Source: Flavobacteriales bacterium
Lineage (GTDB): Bacteria > Bacteroidota > Bacteroidia > Flavobacteriales_F > PHOS-HE28
Length of the DNA stretch: 64,000 bases
Assembly (NCBI GenBank): GCA_020635675.1
Contig: JACJZJ010000002.1
Coordinates: 541,750-605,749, forward strand
Reading direction: 5' to 3'
In this document: positions 44,856 to 53,844 of the stretch, one piece after another
Numbering within the stretch: the stretch's first letter is position 1
Layout: each line of letters starts with the position of its first letter
Made by a program: the position numbers and the translations under genes
Notes under the pieces: generated by a model
What the model saw: only the letters and a program-made list of their open reading frames with translations
The model's database searches: none
Told to the model about the DNA's origin: nothing

Positions 44856-45332
44856 TCAACGGCCTGCCTGCTGGGCGCTGCCGGGGTTGCTGCTGGTCTC
44901 CGAGCGAGCGGCATCCGTGCGCAGCCGCACCGGGTCCATTTCCTTGACGACCCCACCACCCATCGAACAGTTCCCTGTGAACACCGCACCGGGTTCGATC
45001 GCCAACTTCTTGGTGTTGATGTCGCCCTGCAATTTGGCCGTGGCCTTCAGGCTCAAAAGGTCCTGGCAGTTCACCTTTCCCACCACGGTGCCTTCAATGT
45101 CGCTGCTTTGACAGATCACCTCGCCTTCGATCATGCCGCTTTGCCCGACGATCACGCGGCCGCGCGCATTGATGGTCCCCTTCACCTTGCCATCGATCCG
45201 GATGTTGCTGTCGGAACGGACCTCGCCTTCTATGGAGGTCCCCTCCATGATGCTGTTGATCTTGCCGGAATTCACCGGTTCGGCTGCCTTGTTCATGGGT
45301 TCGGAGCGTTTTTCGTTCTGGAACAGCGCCAT
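44856..45332 (-). CDS. Bactofilin (polymer-forming cytoskeletal protein)
   Basis: Repetitive beta-helix pattern: IEGEVRSDSNIRIDGKVKGTINARGRVIVGQSGMIEGEVICQSSDIEGTVVGKVNC..ATAKLQGDINTKKLAIEPGAVFTGNC. Confidence 0.85.
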   Translation of the reverse strand: MALFQNEKRSEPMNKAAEPVNSGKINSIMEGTSIEGEVRSDSNIRIDGKVKGTINARGRVIVGQSGMIEGEVICQSSDIEGTVVGKVNCQDLLSLKATAKLQGDINTKKLAIEPGAVFTGNCSMGGGVVKEMDPVRLRTDAARSETSSNPGSAQQAGR

Positions 45333-45363
45333 GGTCTGGTCGGATGAACGGGCCTTGGTTCCG

Positions 45364-45371
45364 CAAAGATA
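45364..45371 (-). promoter_or_regulatory. Perfect Bacteroidota sigma-A -7 box TATCTTTG upstream of the bactofilin/atp gene string
   Basis: The plus strand reads CAAAGATA. On the minus strand this is TATCTTTG (consensus TAnnTTTG), ending 31 nt upstream of the ATG at 45332, in the only sizeable gap upstream of the operon. Confidence 0.45.
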
Positions 45372-45401
45372 ACAGCCTCAGGGGCTTATCACGGTCGCGC
45401 C

Positions 45402-48047
45402 CTATTGGGTTTTCAGGTAGTTGGCGTTGAAGAAGGCCGAGTAGGCCGCCACATCCTTGTTCTTGTACAACTGGGAATAGTTGTCCGGGCTGATGGCGAA
45501 TATGGGATAGCCTTGGTCGTTGATGCCAGAAAGCATGCCCACATCGTTCAGGAACTGCTCGTAATACGCCATGGCCGCCGCTTTGTCGGAGAACAGGCGC
45601 AGGAGGATCACCTGGGTGTGCGCGTCAAGGATGGTGTTCTCCACCAGGATGTTCTTGCCGGCGAAGTAGCGCATATTGAAATTGCTGATGCGTGTCTTGG
45701 CCTCTTCGATCGGGTCGGCGGTGTCCGGGTAGATGATCGCGATGTAATGGGGCCCCTTACCGGGCTGATAGTCGCTGCCCCCGCCTTTCTGTGGGGCATC
45801 ATCGACCGATGAAGCAGCCCCCTTGTTCTCCCTGTCCAACACGGCCAGGATCTCAGTGGCCGCCGTCGCCTCGTCCGAGTCCGGGAATTCGTCCTTGACC
45901 TCGTTCAACGCGATGCGGAATGCTGTCAGTTCGTGCATGCCGCCAACTGCCATGGCCTTCAAGAGGTAGTATTTCGACAGCAGGTGGTTCTTCGGTTCAT
46001 TGTCGATCACCGCATTGCAGGCGGTGATCACGCCCATCAGGTCACGTTGTCGGAACCGGTGGTAGACCTGGTCATATTCCGCTGCTTCCATCTGGCGATG
46101 AGCCTCGTCCGCCTCGAGCCGGTCCGGGTCCTGCACGAGCCGCGCGAATTCACTGTCCGGCCAACGCTCCAGGATGATGTCCGCATAGTGTCGCGAGCTC
46201 GCCCCGCTGAAGTCGATGAACGTCCCGGAGCGCTCCTTTTCCAGATAGATGCGGTACATCTGATAGTAGGACTCCGGCGTGTAGCTGCAGTCCTCGAAGC
46301 GACTGTTCAGGTTCTCGAAGCTCTCGATGGCGTTGTCCACGTCCCCAAGCTTCTCCTTGTAGATCATTCCCGCCTTGTACAAGGCCTCGCACACACGGGC
46401 ATCGCTGGCCATGATCGCGGCCGAGTCCTTTGGAATGTCCTTCAAGTAGAAATCAGGGTCCTTCCAGTCGGGCAGGTCCTTCTCGTCCTCCTCATTGTTC
46501 GCCACTGATTCCTCCTCCTCCTCTTCACTCTCCTGTGCGATGGCCGAACCGCTTTTGTCGCTGCGTCGCCAATCGTCCTCCAATTTGCGGTCCCCCCATT
46601 TCTTCCGGAACTCCACCGCGCCGCGGGCGATCTGCTGGGCGTTGTAGAAGTACCATTGTCCCCGGTCCGAGCCACCGGTCGGGGTGGCCGGCTTGACCTG
46701 GGTGGTCTGTGCCACCTCTCGGGCCGCGGCTTCGGCGGCCTGTTTTTCCTCCTCTTCCCGCTCCCGCTTTCGGATCAGGTCCCGCACCCGCTCCTCTCGT
46801 TCCTCTACGCTCATGCCGGCCAGGGCTTGCAAACTGTCCTCGTGCGCGATGATCTCCAGTTGCTCCACCAGATCACCGAGCACCTCAGCGCGGGTGCTCA
46901 CCTCATGAAAGCGGGGATGGGTCTCCGCCAGCACGGTGGTGGTACTGTCGTAGTACTTCTGGGCATTGGCATAAACGCGGTCATCGAAATACAGATCGGC
47001 CAGTCTCAGGTAGCTCTTCGCCTTCTGCTTCCGGTCCGTGGTGTTCACCAGGCAGCTCGTCTTCAGTTGGGCGATGGCGTCCTCCTTCTTGTTCTCCTTC
47101 AGATCCAGTTCCGCCAGGGCGTAGTGGATCATGTCGAAGTGGTCCACGTTCTTCTCGTCGCGGAGCATCTTGTGCAACTTCTTCCGCAAAGCTTCACTGT
47201 TGCCCTTGTTGAACGCAAGGGCCTGGAAGATCTGTGCATGGAAGGCAAGCTCATAGGACGGGTTCATGCGGACCACATGGGCATATTGGGCGATCGCCTT
47301 CTCTTCCTGCCCCTTCAGCTGATAGAGTTGCGCCAGTATGAACGCCCACCTTACGCGGTCCTGCCGATCTTTTGTGATATCCACGGCGCGTTCCAGTTCG
47401 ATGATGGCATCGTCCACCTTTCCCCGATGCAGGTCCAGATCGGCCTGGACCGCCGCCAATTGGTCGTGGGGAAAACGCTTGGGCAGTTCCTTCACCTCCT
47501 TCACCTCGTCCAACACGCTCTGCGCGCGCGCATACTGCTCCACTTCGATCAGCGTACGTGACAGCCACACCCTGGCCTCCATCTGTTTGTCCTCGCCCTT
47601 GAACCGCCGACCGATGTAGTCGAAGATCCGCTGTGCGTCGAAGAAGTTGTGCTTGTAGAAATGGGACCTGCCGATCACAAAGTAGGCGTCATCGATCAAC
47701 TTGTTGCGCTCCTTGCCTTTTACATCCATCGAGTGTCGCTCGATGACGAGCGAGCATTTCTCGATGCACTTCTCCAGTTCGGGAGCGGCCCCCTTTGCTT
47801 CGTCCTCGGTGCCATAGATGAAGAGCGGAAGCACTTCATCGAAATCATCGATATGGTCATGCTCCAGCTGGGCGACGACCTCCTTGAGCTTCTCGTTGGC
47901 ATTGAACCAGCCATTGTCCCTGGCGGTCAGTCGGTGGTAGGTCCTATTGGCAAAGCGGTCCTTGTTCGGAGAGCAGGCCGCCACGAGGCCCAGCACGATA
48001 AGCAAGGACCAGTGCAAGTGATCATATGGGCGAAAGGGGGCCGACAC
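45402..48047 (-). CDS. TPR lipoprotein, PorW/SprE-like (T9SS periplasmic lipoprotein candidate)
   Basis: 881 aa with a GTG start. Lipobox LLIVLGLVAAC. NRTYHRLTARDNGWFNA resembles the conserved N-terminal motif of SprE/PorW. Multiple TPR-like repeats and an acidic low-complexity stretch SEEEEEESVANNEEDEKD. Function is by resemblance only. Confidence 0.75.
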   Translation of the reverse strand: MSAPFRPYDHLHWSLLIVLGLVAACSPNKDRFANRTYHRLTARDNGWFNANEKLKEVVAQLEHDHIDDFDEVLPLFIYGTEDEAKGAAPELEKCIEKCSLVIERHSMDVKGKERNKLIDDAYFVIGRSHFYKHNFFDAQRIFDYIGRRFKGEDKQMEARVWLSRTLIEVEQYARAQSVLDEVKEVKELPKRFPHDQLAAVQADLDLHRGKVDDAIIELERAVDITKDRQDRVRWAFILAQLYQLKGQEEKAIAQYAHVVRMNPSYELAFHAQIFQALAFNKGNSEALRKKLHKMLRDEKNVDHFDMIHYALAELDLKENKKEDAIAQLKTSCLVNTTDRKQKAKSYLRLADLYFDDRVYANAQKYYDSTTTVLAETHPRFHEVSTRAEVLGDLVEQLEIIAHEDSLQALAGMSVEEREERVRDLIRKREREEEEKQAAEAAAREVAQTTQVKPATPTGGSDRGQWYFYNAQQIARGAVEFRKKWGDRKLEDDWRRSDKSGSAIAQESEEEEEESVANNEEDEKDLPDWKDPDFYLKDIPKDSAAIMASDARVCEALYKAGMIYKEKLGDVDNAIESFENLNSRFEDCSYTPESYYQMYRIYLEKERSGTFIDFSGASSRHYADIILERWPDSEFARLVQDPDRLEADEAHRQMEAAEYDQVYHRFRQRDLMGVITACNAVIDNEPKNHLLSKYYLLKAMAVGGMHELTAFRIALNEVKDEFPDSDEATAATEILAVLDRENKGAASSVDDAPQKGGGSDYQPGKGPHYIAIIYPDTADPIEEAKTRISNFNMRYFAGKNILVENTILDAHTQVILLRLFSDKAAAMAYYEQFLNDVGMLSGINDQGYPIFAISPDNYSQLYKNKDVAAYSAFFNANYLKTQ

Positions 48048-48074
48048 GCCTGCAATAACTGCGAAGGGCCGAAG

Positions 48075-49508
48075 TTATTTCATCCCTTCGATGGGGGCCA
48101 TGCCCTCGGTGCGTTCAAAGAGGCGAACGGTGCTCAGACCGAGGTCGACCGGTTGGGCACCATCCGGTGGGGGCGCTCCGACAGGGCCGAGGAACCAGGC
48201 GTGCCGTGCGTTGTTGGGGTCCATGGAAATGAAGTGGTCGCGCAGCAGGTAGCCTTGCAGGTTCCAGCGTTCCCACAGTACAGGGTCGATGCCCACGAAA
48301 GCGCCTTGTGGCACGGTCTGGCCGATGCGTTCCACATCGGCCAGTATATCGGCATCGCGCAGCGGCCGCCCCCAGAGCGCGATCGCAACGAGGACCGCTC
48401 CGACCACGGTGATGCTGCCTGTAGTGCCGATCACACGTACCAGCCTGGTGCGCCCTCTTGTTCGCGCCAGTGCACGCTGCACCCCTTGGAACGACCACAG
48501 TCCCAGTCCCAATGCGATGAAGGGGAATGCGGGAACGCTGTAGAACGACTTCTGCACGAGGGTGAGCATCAAGGGTAGTACCCCGCTGAGACCGATCAGA
48601 AGCAGGGCAAGTGCCGCGCGACCACTATTTGGTACGGACCGCCCCCCGCGCCCCATGAACCACACCAGCGTAGCCAGGGCCAGGGGACCCGATTGTGAAA
48701 GGAACAGGTCCGACAGGATCCGCCAACGATGCGCCACGGTGTGTTGGTCCGCGATGCGATGCAACAGGCGCGTGTTCACATAGGTGGCCAGGTTCGCCCG
48801 TGCATCGGGCCAGGCGAGCAGGATGCCATAACCGAGGAGCACCACGACGATCATGATGGTCATTCTGATCATCCCATGTGCGGGTCGCACTCTTCCGCTG
48901 ACCAGCGCCCAGATCAACGGAGCGGCGATCGGGAAGGCCCCCGGTACGCCTTTGGTCAAGGTGGCCAGGAGGACCGCCAGGCCGGCCAGAGCCGTCCGCA
49001 GGGGTCGAAGGCCCCCTCCGGGACCAAGGGAAAGGAACACGGCGATCGCCGTGAACGCTCCCATCGTGACCTCGAGCATGTTGTTCACCGTGGCCCAGGC
49101 CACCTGTGGAACGAGGAGCCAGAGCAGCAACGGCCACCAAGACGTGGCATCGGCCACCGCCCTTGGGAGAACAAGACGCCAGGTCGCCAGCATCGCATAG
49201 GCGGTGACGGCCATGAGCATCAGACAATAGAGGTGCTCCACCCAGAAGCCATCACCGAACGCACGGAACCACAGGGATTCCAGGCCGAACCCCAAGGGCG
49301 GGTGTTCGTGGAAATGATCAAGCCCGGCGAACCCGAAGCGGCTGAATATGGGCTCCCAGAACGTACCGATGCCATGCGCGAGATTGTGTGCGACAACGGC
49401 GTAGAGCATGCCGTCCATGAACATACCGCGCATGGCCAGTTGAGGGAGCAACAGGGCGCATGCGAGGCCAAGAACAACACGTCCCACAGCACGCTCGGCA
49501 GTGATCAT
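48075..49508 (-). CDS. Multi-pass membrane glycosyltransferase, GT39/ArnT-like
   Basis: ATG at 49508 (MITAERAVGRVVL..) verified. About 12 hydrophobic segments. N-terminal loop MRGMFMDGMLYAVVAHNLAHGIGTFWEP resembles the ArnT/PMT family. Function confidence is moderate. Confidence 0.7.
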   Translation of the reverse strand: MITAERAVGRVVLGLACALLLPQLAMRGMFMDGMLYAVVAHNLAHGIGTFWEPIFSRFGFAGLDHFHEHPPLGFGLESLWFRAFGDGFWVEHLYCLMLMAVTAYAMLATWRLVLPRAVADATSWWPLLLWLLVPQVAWATVNNMLEVTMGAFTAIAVFLSLGPGGGLRPLRTALAGLAVLLATLTKGVPGAFPIAAPLIWALVSGRVRPAHGMIRMTIMIVVVLLGYGILLAWPDARANLATYVNTRLLHRIADQHTVAHRWRILSDLFLSQSGPLALATLVWFMGRGGRSVPNSGRAALALLLIGLSGVLPLMLTLVQKSFYSVPAFPFIALGLGLWSFQGVQRALARTRGRTRLVRVIGTTGSITVVGAVLVAIALWGRPLRDADILADVERIGQTVPQGAFVGIDPVLWERWNLQGYLLRDHFISMDPNNARHAWFLGPVGAPPPDGAQPVDLGLSTVRLFERTEGMAPIEGMK

Positions 49509-49557
49509 GGCCCGGAAATTAGCGCGGCGCCCTGTCCCGGAGCCCGATATTTGTCCG

Positions 49558-50442
49558 ATGGCCAAGGCAGAACGCGGAGGAGGGGGGGGGGTGTTACGTC
49601 GCTTGCGCAGCAAGTACCGCGTGCTGATGATCGACGAACGCACCTACGAGGAGCGGTTCAGTCTGCGGCTTTCGCGCATGAACGTATTGTTGGTAGCCGC
49701 GGGCGCTTTCGTATCGACCGCCCTGCTCGTGGGAGCGGTCATCGTGCTGACCCCGCTGAAAAGGTACATCCCGGGGTATTCGGACCAGGACCTGAAGCGC
49801 TATGCGTTCCGAAGCACGGTGAAGGCCGATTCCCTCGCGGACGTGGTGCACGTTCGCGACCAGTACATCGATAACCTGCGCCGCGTGCTCCGGGGAGAAT
49901 TGCCGCCGGACAGCGCCAGCCTGTTCCGGCCCATTGAGAGCAAGCCTGTCGCCAACGACCTTGCACCAGGGGCGGCCGATAGCGCCCTGAGACAGCGTAT
50001 CCAGCAGGAGGAGGCGTACGCTTTGGCGGGCGAATTGGCCGAGCGGGACGACCGCCGGCGCCAACTGGCCGGTGTCTTCTTTTTTCCTCCCCTACGCGGG
50101 ATCGTCACGAACAACTTCGACCGGGAGCAAGGTCACTATGGGATCGATGTGGTCTCCAAGGCGGACGAAGCGGTGAAGGCCTGTCTTGACGGCACCGTGA
50201 TCACCGCCACGTGGACCACGGATGGCGGCCATATCCTGCAGGTCCAGCATCATAACGACCTCGTGAGCGTGTACAAGCATTGCAGTGTATTGCTCAAGCG
50301 TGTGGGCGACAGGGTGAAGGCCGGTGAGGCCGTGGCCATCGTGGGTGATAGTGGCGAGCTGACCACCGGACCGCACCTTCACTTCGAGCTCTGGTTGAAC
50401 GGTGAGGCCATCGATCCACAGGTCTACATGGTCTTCCAGTGA
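49558..50442 (+). CDS. M23 family metallopeptidase with an N-terminal membrane anchor
   Basis: HYGIDVV.., ..HNDLVSVYKHCS.. and GPHLHFELWLNGEAIDP are M23 motifs. TM segment MNVLLVAAGAFVSTALLVGAVIVL. The start is uncertain: ATG 49558, GTG 49591 or ATG 49627. Confidence 0.8.
   Translation: MAKAERGGGGGVLRRLRSKYRVLMIDERTYEERFSLRLSRMNVLLVAAGAFVSTALLVGAVIVLTPLKRYIPGYSDQDLKRYAFRSTVKADSLADVVHVRDQYIDNLRRVLRGELPPDSASLFRPIESKPVANDLAPGAADSALRQRIQQEEAYALAGELAERDDRRRQLAGVFFFPPLRGIVTNNFDREQGHYGIDVVSKADEAVKACLDGTVITATWTTDGGHILQVQHHNDLVSVYKHCSVLLKRVGDRVKAGEAVAIVGDSGELTTGPHLHFELWLNGEAIDPQVYMVFQ
49582..49591 (+). repeat. G10 homopolymer tract
   Basis: aGGGGGGGGGGt was counted directly. It lies 24 nt into the M23 CDS if that gene starts at 49558, and 74-83 nt upstream of the divergent GT39-like ATG. 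Confidence 0.95.
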
Positions 50443-50485
50443 GCACCTTCGTTCATTCACCTTCGAGCGACAAGCGCCTCCCGGA

Positions 50486-51970
50486 ATGTCCCTGAAGTCC
50501 ATCATCGCACGTCCTTACGCCACGTGGGTGACCGACAAGGTGATGCAACGGGCGCGGGAGGCAGGTGAAACACAACTGTCCGTTCTCCGACGATTGGTCC
50601 GAAGCGGATCGTCGACGGTATTTGGCCGCGCGCACGCACTTCGGGAGGTGGAAGACCACGCGGGTCTCGTGCAGGCGATCCCGCTACGCGATTACGAGGG
50701 ATTGCGCCCCTATCTCGATCGTGTGGTGGTGGGTGAACCGGATGTGCTGTGGCCCGGGCGGCCGCTTTATCTGTGCAAGACAAGCGGCACAACAAGCGGC
50801 GCCAAGTACATCCCGATCACACGGCAAAGCCTGCCCAACCATATCGGCAGCGCGCGCCGGGCGCTCCTGTCCTATATCGCCCGGACCGGGCGGACCGATT
50901 TCATCGAGGGGAGGATGATCTTCCTGCAGGGAAGTCCACAACTGGACCGCACAGGTGCCATACCCACGGGCAGGCTGAGCGGCATTGTGGCCAATCACGT
51001 GCCTGGATACCTCCAGGGCAACCGGATGCCCTCCTTCACGACCAATTGCATTCCGGATTGGGAAACGAAGGTGGAGGCGATCGTGACGGAGACCCTGAAC
51101 GCGGATATGCGGCTGATCGGTGGCATTCCGGCCTGGGTCCAGATGTACTTTGAAAGGCTCCTCGCACGTTCCGGTAAGGCCACCGTGCATGAAGTATTTC
51201 CCGATTTCTCTTTGTTCGTCCACGGCGGGGTCAACTATGCACCGTACCACGCGCGGCTGACGGCGTTGATCGGCGATGAGGTGCCCCGTATCGAACTCTT
51301 CCCCGCCAGCGAGGGCTTTATCGCCTACCAGGACGCGGGTCACGAGGATGGCCTGCTCCTGGTGCTGGACAATGGCATCTACTACGGATTCCTGCCTTTG
51401 GACGGTCAGGCCGACCGACCGCTGTCCATCGCACAGGTCGAACTGGGGAAGCACTATGCGCTCGTGCTCTACACGAACGCAGGCTTGTGGGGCTATGAGA
51501 TCGGCGATACGGTACGGTTCGTGTCGCTGGATCCTCCACGCATCTTGGTCACGGGCCGAACCAAGCATTTCACCAGTGCGTTCGGTGAACATGTCATCGC
51601 CGAAGAGGTGGAGGGGGCGTTGCGGGAGGCCATGGACGCGTATCCCTGCACGGTGACGGAGTTCACCGTTGCGCCCACGACCGCCCCAGAGGAGGGACTG
51701 CCGTACCATGCATGGTACATCGAATTCGCGGATGCTCCAGCTGACCAGGGGGCTTTTGCCTCGGCCATCGACAGTGCCCTACAGCGTCGGAACCCCTACT
51801 ACCGCGACCTTATCGAAGGAAGGGTCCTGAGGCCGCTCAGGATCTCGCGTGTCCTACGGGGCGGGTTTGCCGGGTGGATGAAGGAGCACGGCATGAGCGA
51901 CGCCCAAAGCAAGGTGCCTCGCCTGGCCAATGACCGCCGCTACGTGGAGGGCCTACCGGTCAGCGACTAG
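50486..51970 (+). CDS. GH3-family (auxin-responsive GH3-like) adenylating enzyme homologue
   Basis: ATG at 50486 verified. LRDYEGLRPYLDRVVVGEPDVLWPGRPLYLCKTSGTTSGAKYIPIT and YEIGDTVRF..GRTKHF fit the bacterial GH3 family pattern. Confidence 0.8.
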   Translation: MSLKSIIARPYATWVTDKVMQRAREAGETQLSVLRRLVRSGSSTVFGRAHALREVEDHAGLVQAIPLRDYEGLRPYLDRVVVGEPDVLWPGRPLYLCKTSGTTSGAKYIPITRQSLPNHIGSARRALLSYIARTGRTDFIEGRMIFLQGSPQLDRTGAIPTGRLSGIVANHVPGYLQGNRMPSFTTNCIPDWETKVEAIVTETLNADMRLIGGIPAWVQMYFERLLARSGKATVHEVFPDFSLFVHGGVNYAPYHARLTALIGDEVPRIELFPASEGFIAYQDAGHEDGLLLVLDNGIYYGFLPLDGQADRPLSIAQVELGKHYALVLYTNAGLWGYEIGDTVRFVSLDPPRILVTGRTKHFTSAFGEHVIAEEVEGALREAMDAYPCTVTEFTVAPTTAPEEGLPYHAWYIEFADAPADQGAFASAIDSALQRRNPYYRDLIEGRVLRPLRISRVLRGGFAGWMKEHGMSDAQSKVPRLANDRRYVEGLPVSD

Positions 51971-52545
51971 CGGGGCGATCGCCATAACACTGTGCGTTGC
52001 TGTTGCCAGTGTCGGGTATGCAGCCAGTGGTTCACCCCATCGAACAATAGCAGGAACCCCCCCTGCACCAACAGGGAACTCCCGGATCCGGCCCAGAGAT
52101 CGGGGTCCTTCACATCGGTTCGCGCGTGTTCGCGCATCCATGCACCCAGGCCGATGTAACCGAGGTCCAGCCCGAAGTTGATCAAATAGACCTTTTCCGT
52201 TCGGCGCTGGGCGTCAACAGCGACGGCCAGGTCCGTGTCCGTGGGGCGCCGCAAACGCTTGCGTCCCCTCAGGTACGCGGGCAGGGCGATGCCAAGGTTC
52301 ACTGCGTTCCAGGCGATGTTCATCTGGTGGAAACGACCGGATTCGCTGGTGGCCGGTACCTGGGTCAGTCCGACGCCCCCGGTGATCATCGTTCCGACCG
52401 CCCAACCGCCCAGGACCAACATGGAATTCGTCGCCATCCGTTCCCGTTGCAGGTCGAACGCCCCAACGACCGGATCGTTCTGCGCCTCGGACAACAGAAC
52501 GGTCGCTACGCAAAGGAACAAGAGGGCCGATCTGCTCGCGCACAT
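51967..52545 (-). CDS. Hypothetical membrane protein
   Basis: The ATG at 52545 gives a signal/TM segment, MCASRSALLFLCVATVLLSEAQ, and there are several hydrophobic segments. No family recognised. Confidence 0.55.
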   Translation of the reverse strand: MCASRSALLFLCVATVLLSEAQNDPVVGAFDLQRERMATNSMLVLGGWAVGTMITGGVGLTQVPATSESGRFHQMNIAWNAVNLGIALPAYLRGRKRLRRPTDTDLAVAVDAQRRTEKVYLINFGLDLGYIGLGAWMREHARTDVKDPDLWAGSGSSLLVQGGFLLLFDGVNHWLHTRHWQQQRTVLWRSPR

Positions 52546-52574
52546 CTTCCCAAGGTATGGTCGCTCAGGGTCAG

Positions 52575-53777
52575 TCAATGCCCCGGGCTATCCAGGAAGC
52601 TGGACCACGGGGCCATGCCCTTGTGATTCCGTACTGCCCAACGCATGCCACCGATCCCATCCGCGAGCACGTTCACCCGGGTGAATCCCAACGCACAAAG
52701 CTTCAAGGCCGCGCGGTAGACCATTTCGTCATTGGACCGGCCTACGACCAGGACCGGGTCATCAGGGAACAATTCGAACCCAGGCAGGGTTGTTCCGATC
52801 GCATCCGCAGGCACATGGAGGGCAAAGGGGATACGCCCCACGTTCTTCCATGCGGGGGTCGCCGTTCCGTCGTACTCGGCATCCGGCCGCACATCCAGGA
52901 CGAGCATGGAGTTTCGGAACGAGGTCGTGTCGAGATCGCCCAATGTCACGTTCCGGTAGGGCCGATCGTACAGCCAACCTGTGCCCAGGCAGGGCAGTTG
53001 GTCCGCTGAAGCGCTCAATAGAGCATCCAACCCGTCGAAGAGCACGTGAACTTCCTGGAACCCCGCATCGACTAGCATCAAAGCGGCCTTCGGCGAATCC
53101 ATCCCATGGTCGTCCACCACCAATGTGGGCCTGTCCGATGGGATCTCGTCCAAGCGGGCCGACAGATCCGAAAGTGGAATATGGATCGCATTCGCGATGT
53201 GGCCCATCGCACGTGTGCGCTCGCTGACATGGTCCTGAGCGAACAATGAGTCCGGGCGAACGTCCAGGACGGTGGTCCCACCTGTGCTGAGGAGGGTACA
53301 AAGACCATATGGATCCTCCAGTCGATATGGCAGGTCGGTTCTTATCAATGGCGCCAGATCAGCATGCCCGACCCGGTCATGCCAGTAACCGCTAAGCCCC
53401 TCGTTCACATTGTGCACGACAGTGAATCCACTGTCCACCAGCTGGTCCCGCACACGCCGGCTGCGCTGGCTATGTGAGCAATACACATAGATGGGCCTGT
53501 TGCGGTAGGGAAGGAGATCGGGGAAGCGCGTTCCGATGCTGTCGACGGGCACGTTCATCGCGCGTTCCAGGTGGCCCATGTTCAGCCCCACGTGGCGGGA
53601 GGTATCACGGAACTCCCCCGTGGTCCGGACATCGAGCAGGAGCGCACCGCGGTCCTGCTGCAATGCGCTCGCAAGATCACGCAGGTCCACGGACCCAGCG
53701 TTCAATGGATCCGCGTTGATCTGCGCGGCGGTGCGCACCATCAAGCAACAGCCCAAGGCAACGAACAATATCCGCAT
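52575..53777 (-). CDS. Secreted triple-rhodanese-domain protein
   Basis: ATG at 53777 (MRILFVALGCCLMVRTAAQ) verified. Three LLDVR/VLDVRP-type rhodanese modules. Only the first keeps an active-site Cys loop (YVYCSHSQRSRR). The others have D or G at that position. Confidence 0.8.
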   Translation of the reverse strand: MRILFVALGCCLMVRTAAQINADPLNAGSVDLRDLASALQQDRGALLLDVRTTGEFRDTSRHVGLNMGHLERAMNVPVDSIGTRFPDLLPYRNRPIYVYCSHSQRSRRVRDQLVDSGFTVVHNVNEGLSGYWHDRVGHADLAPLIRTDLPYRLEDPYGLCTLLSTGGTTVLDVRPDSLFAQDHVSERTRAMGHIANAIHIPLSDLSARLDEIPSDRPTLVVDDHGMDSPKAALMLVDAGFQEVHVLFDGLDALLSASADQLPCLGTGWLYDRPYRNVTLGDLDTTSFRNSMLVLDVRPDAEYDGTATPAWKNVGRIPFALHVPADAIGTTLPGFELFPDDPVLVVGRSNDEMVYRAALKLCALGFTRVNVLADGIGGMRWAVRNHKGMAPWSSFLDSPGH

Positions 53778-53844
53778 GCCGCAAAGTAGGCGTCCGGACC
53801 CCGGGATATCACACGGTCCGTCACCCGACGGACCATGCACAACG

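Noticed and set aside
48054-48079. Inverted repeat AATAACT-N12-AGTTATT overlapping the GT39-like stop codon, before the PorW/SprE-like gene.
   Set aside because: The stem is short and AT-rich with no following U-tract on the transcribed strand, so it is not convincing as a terminator.
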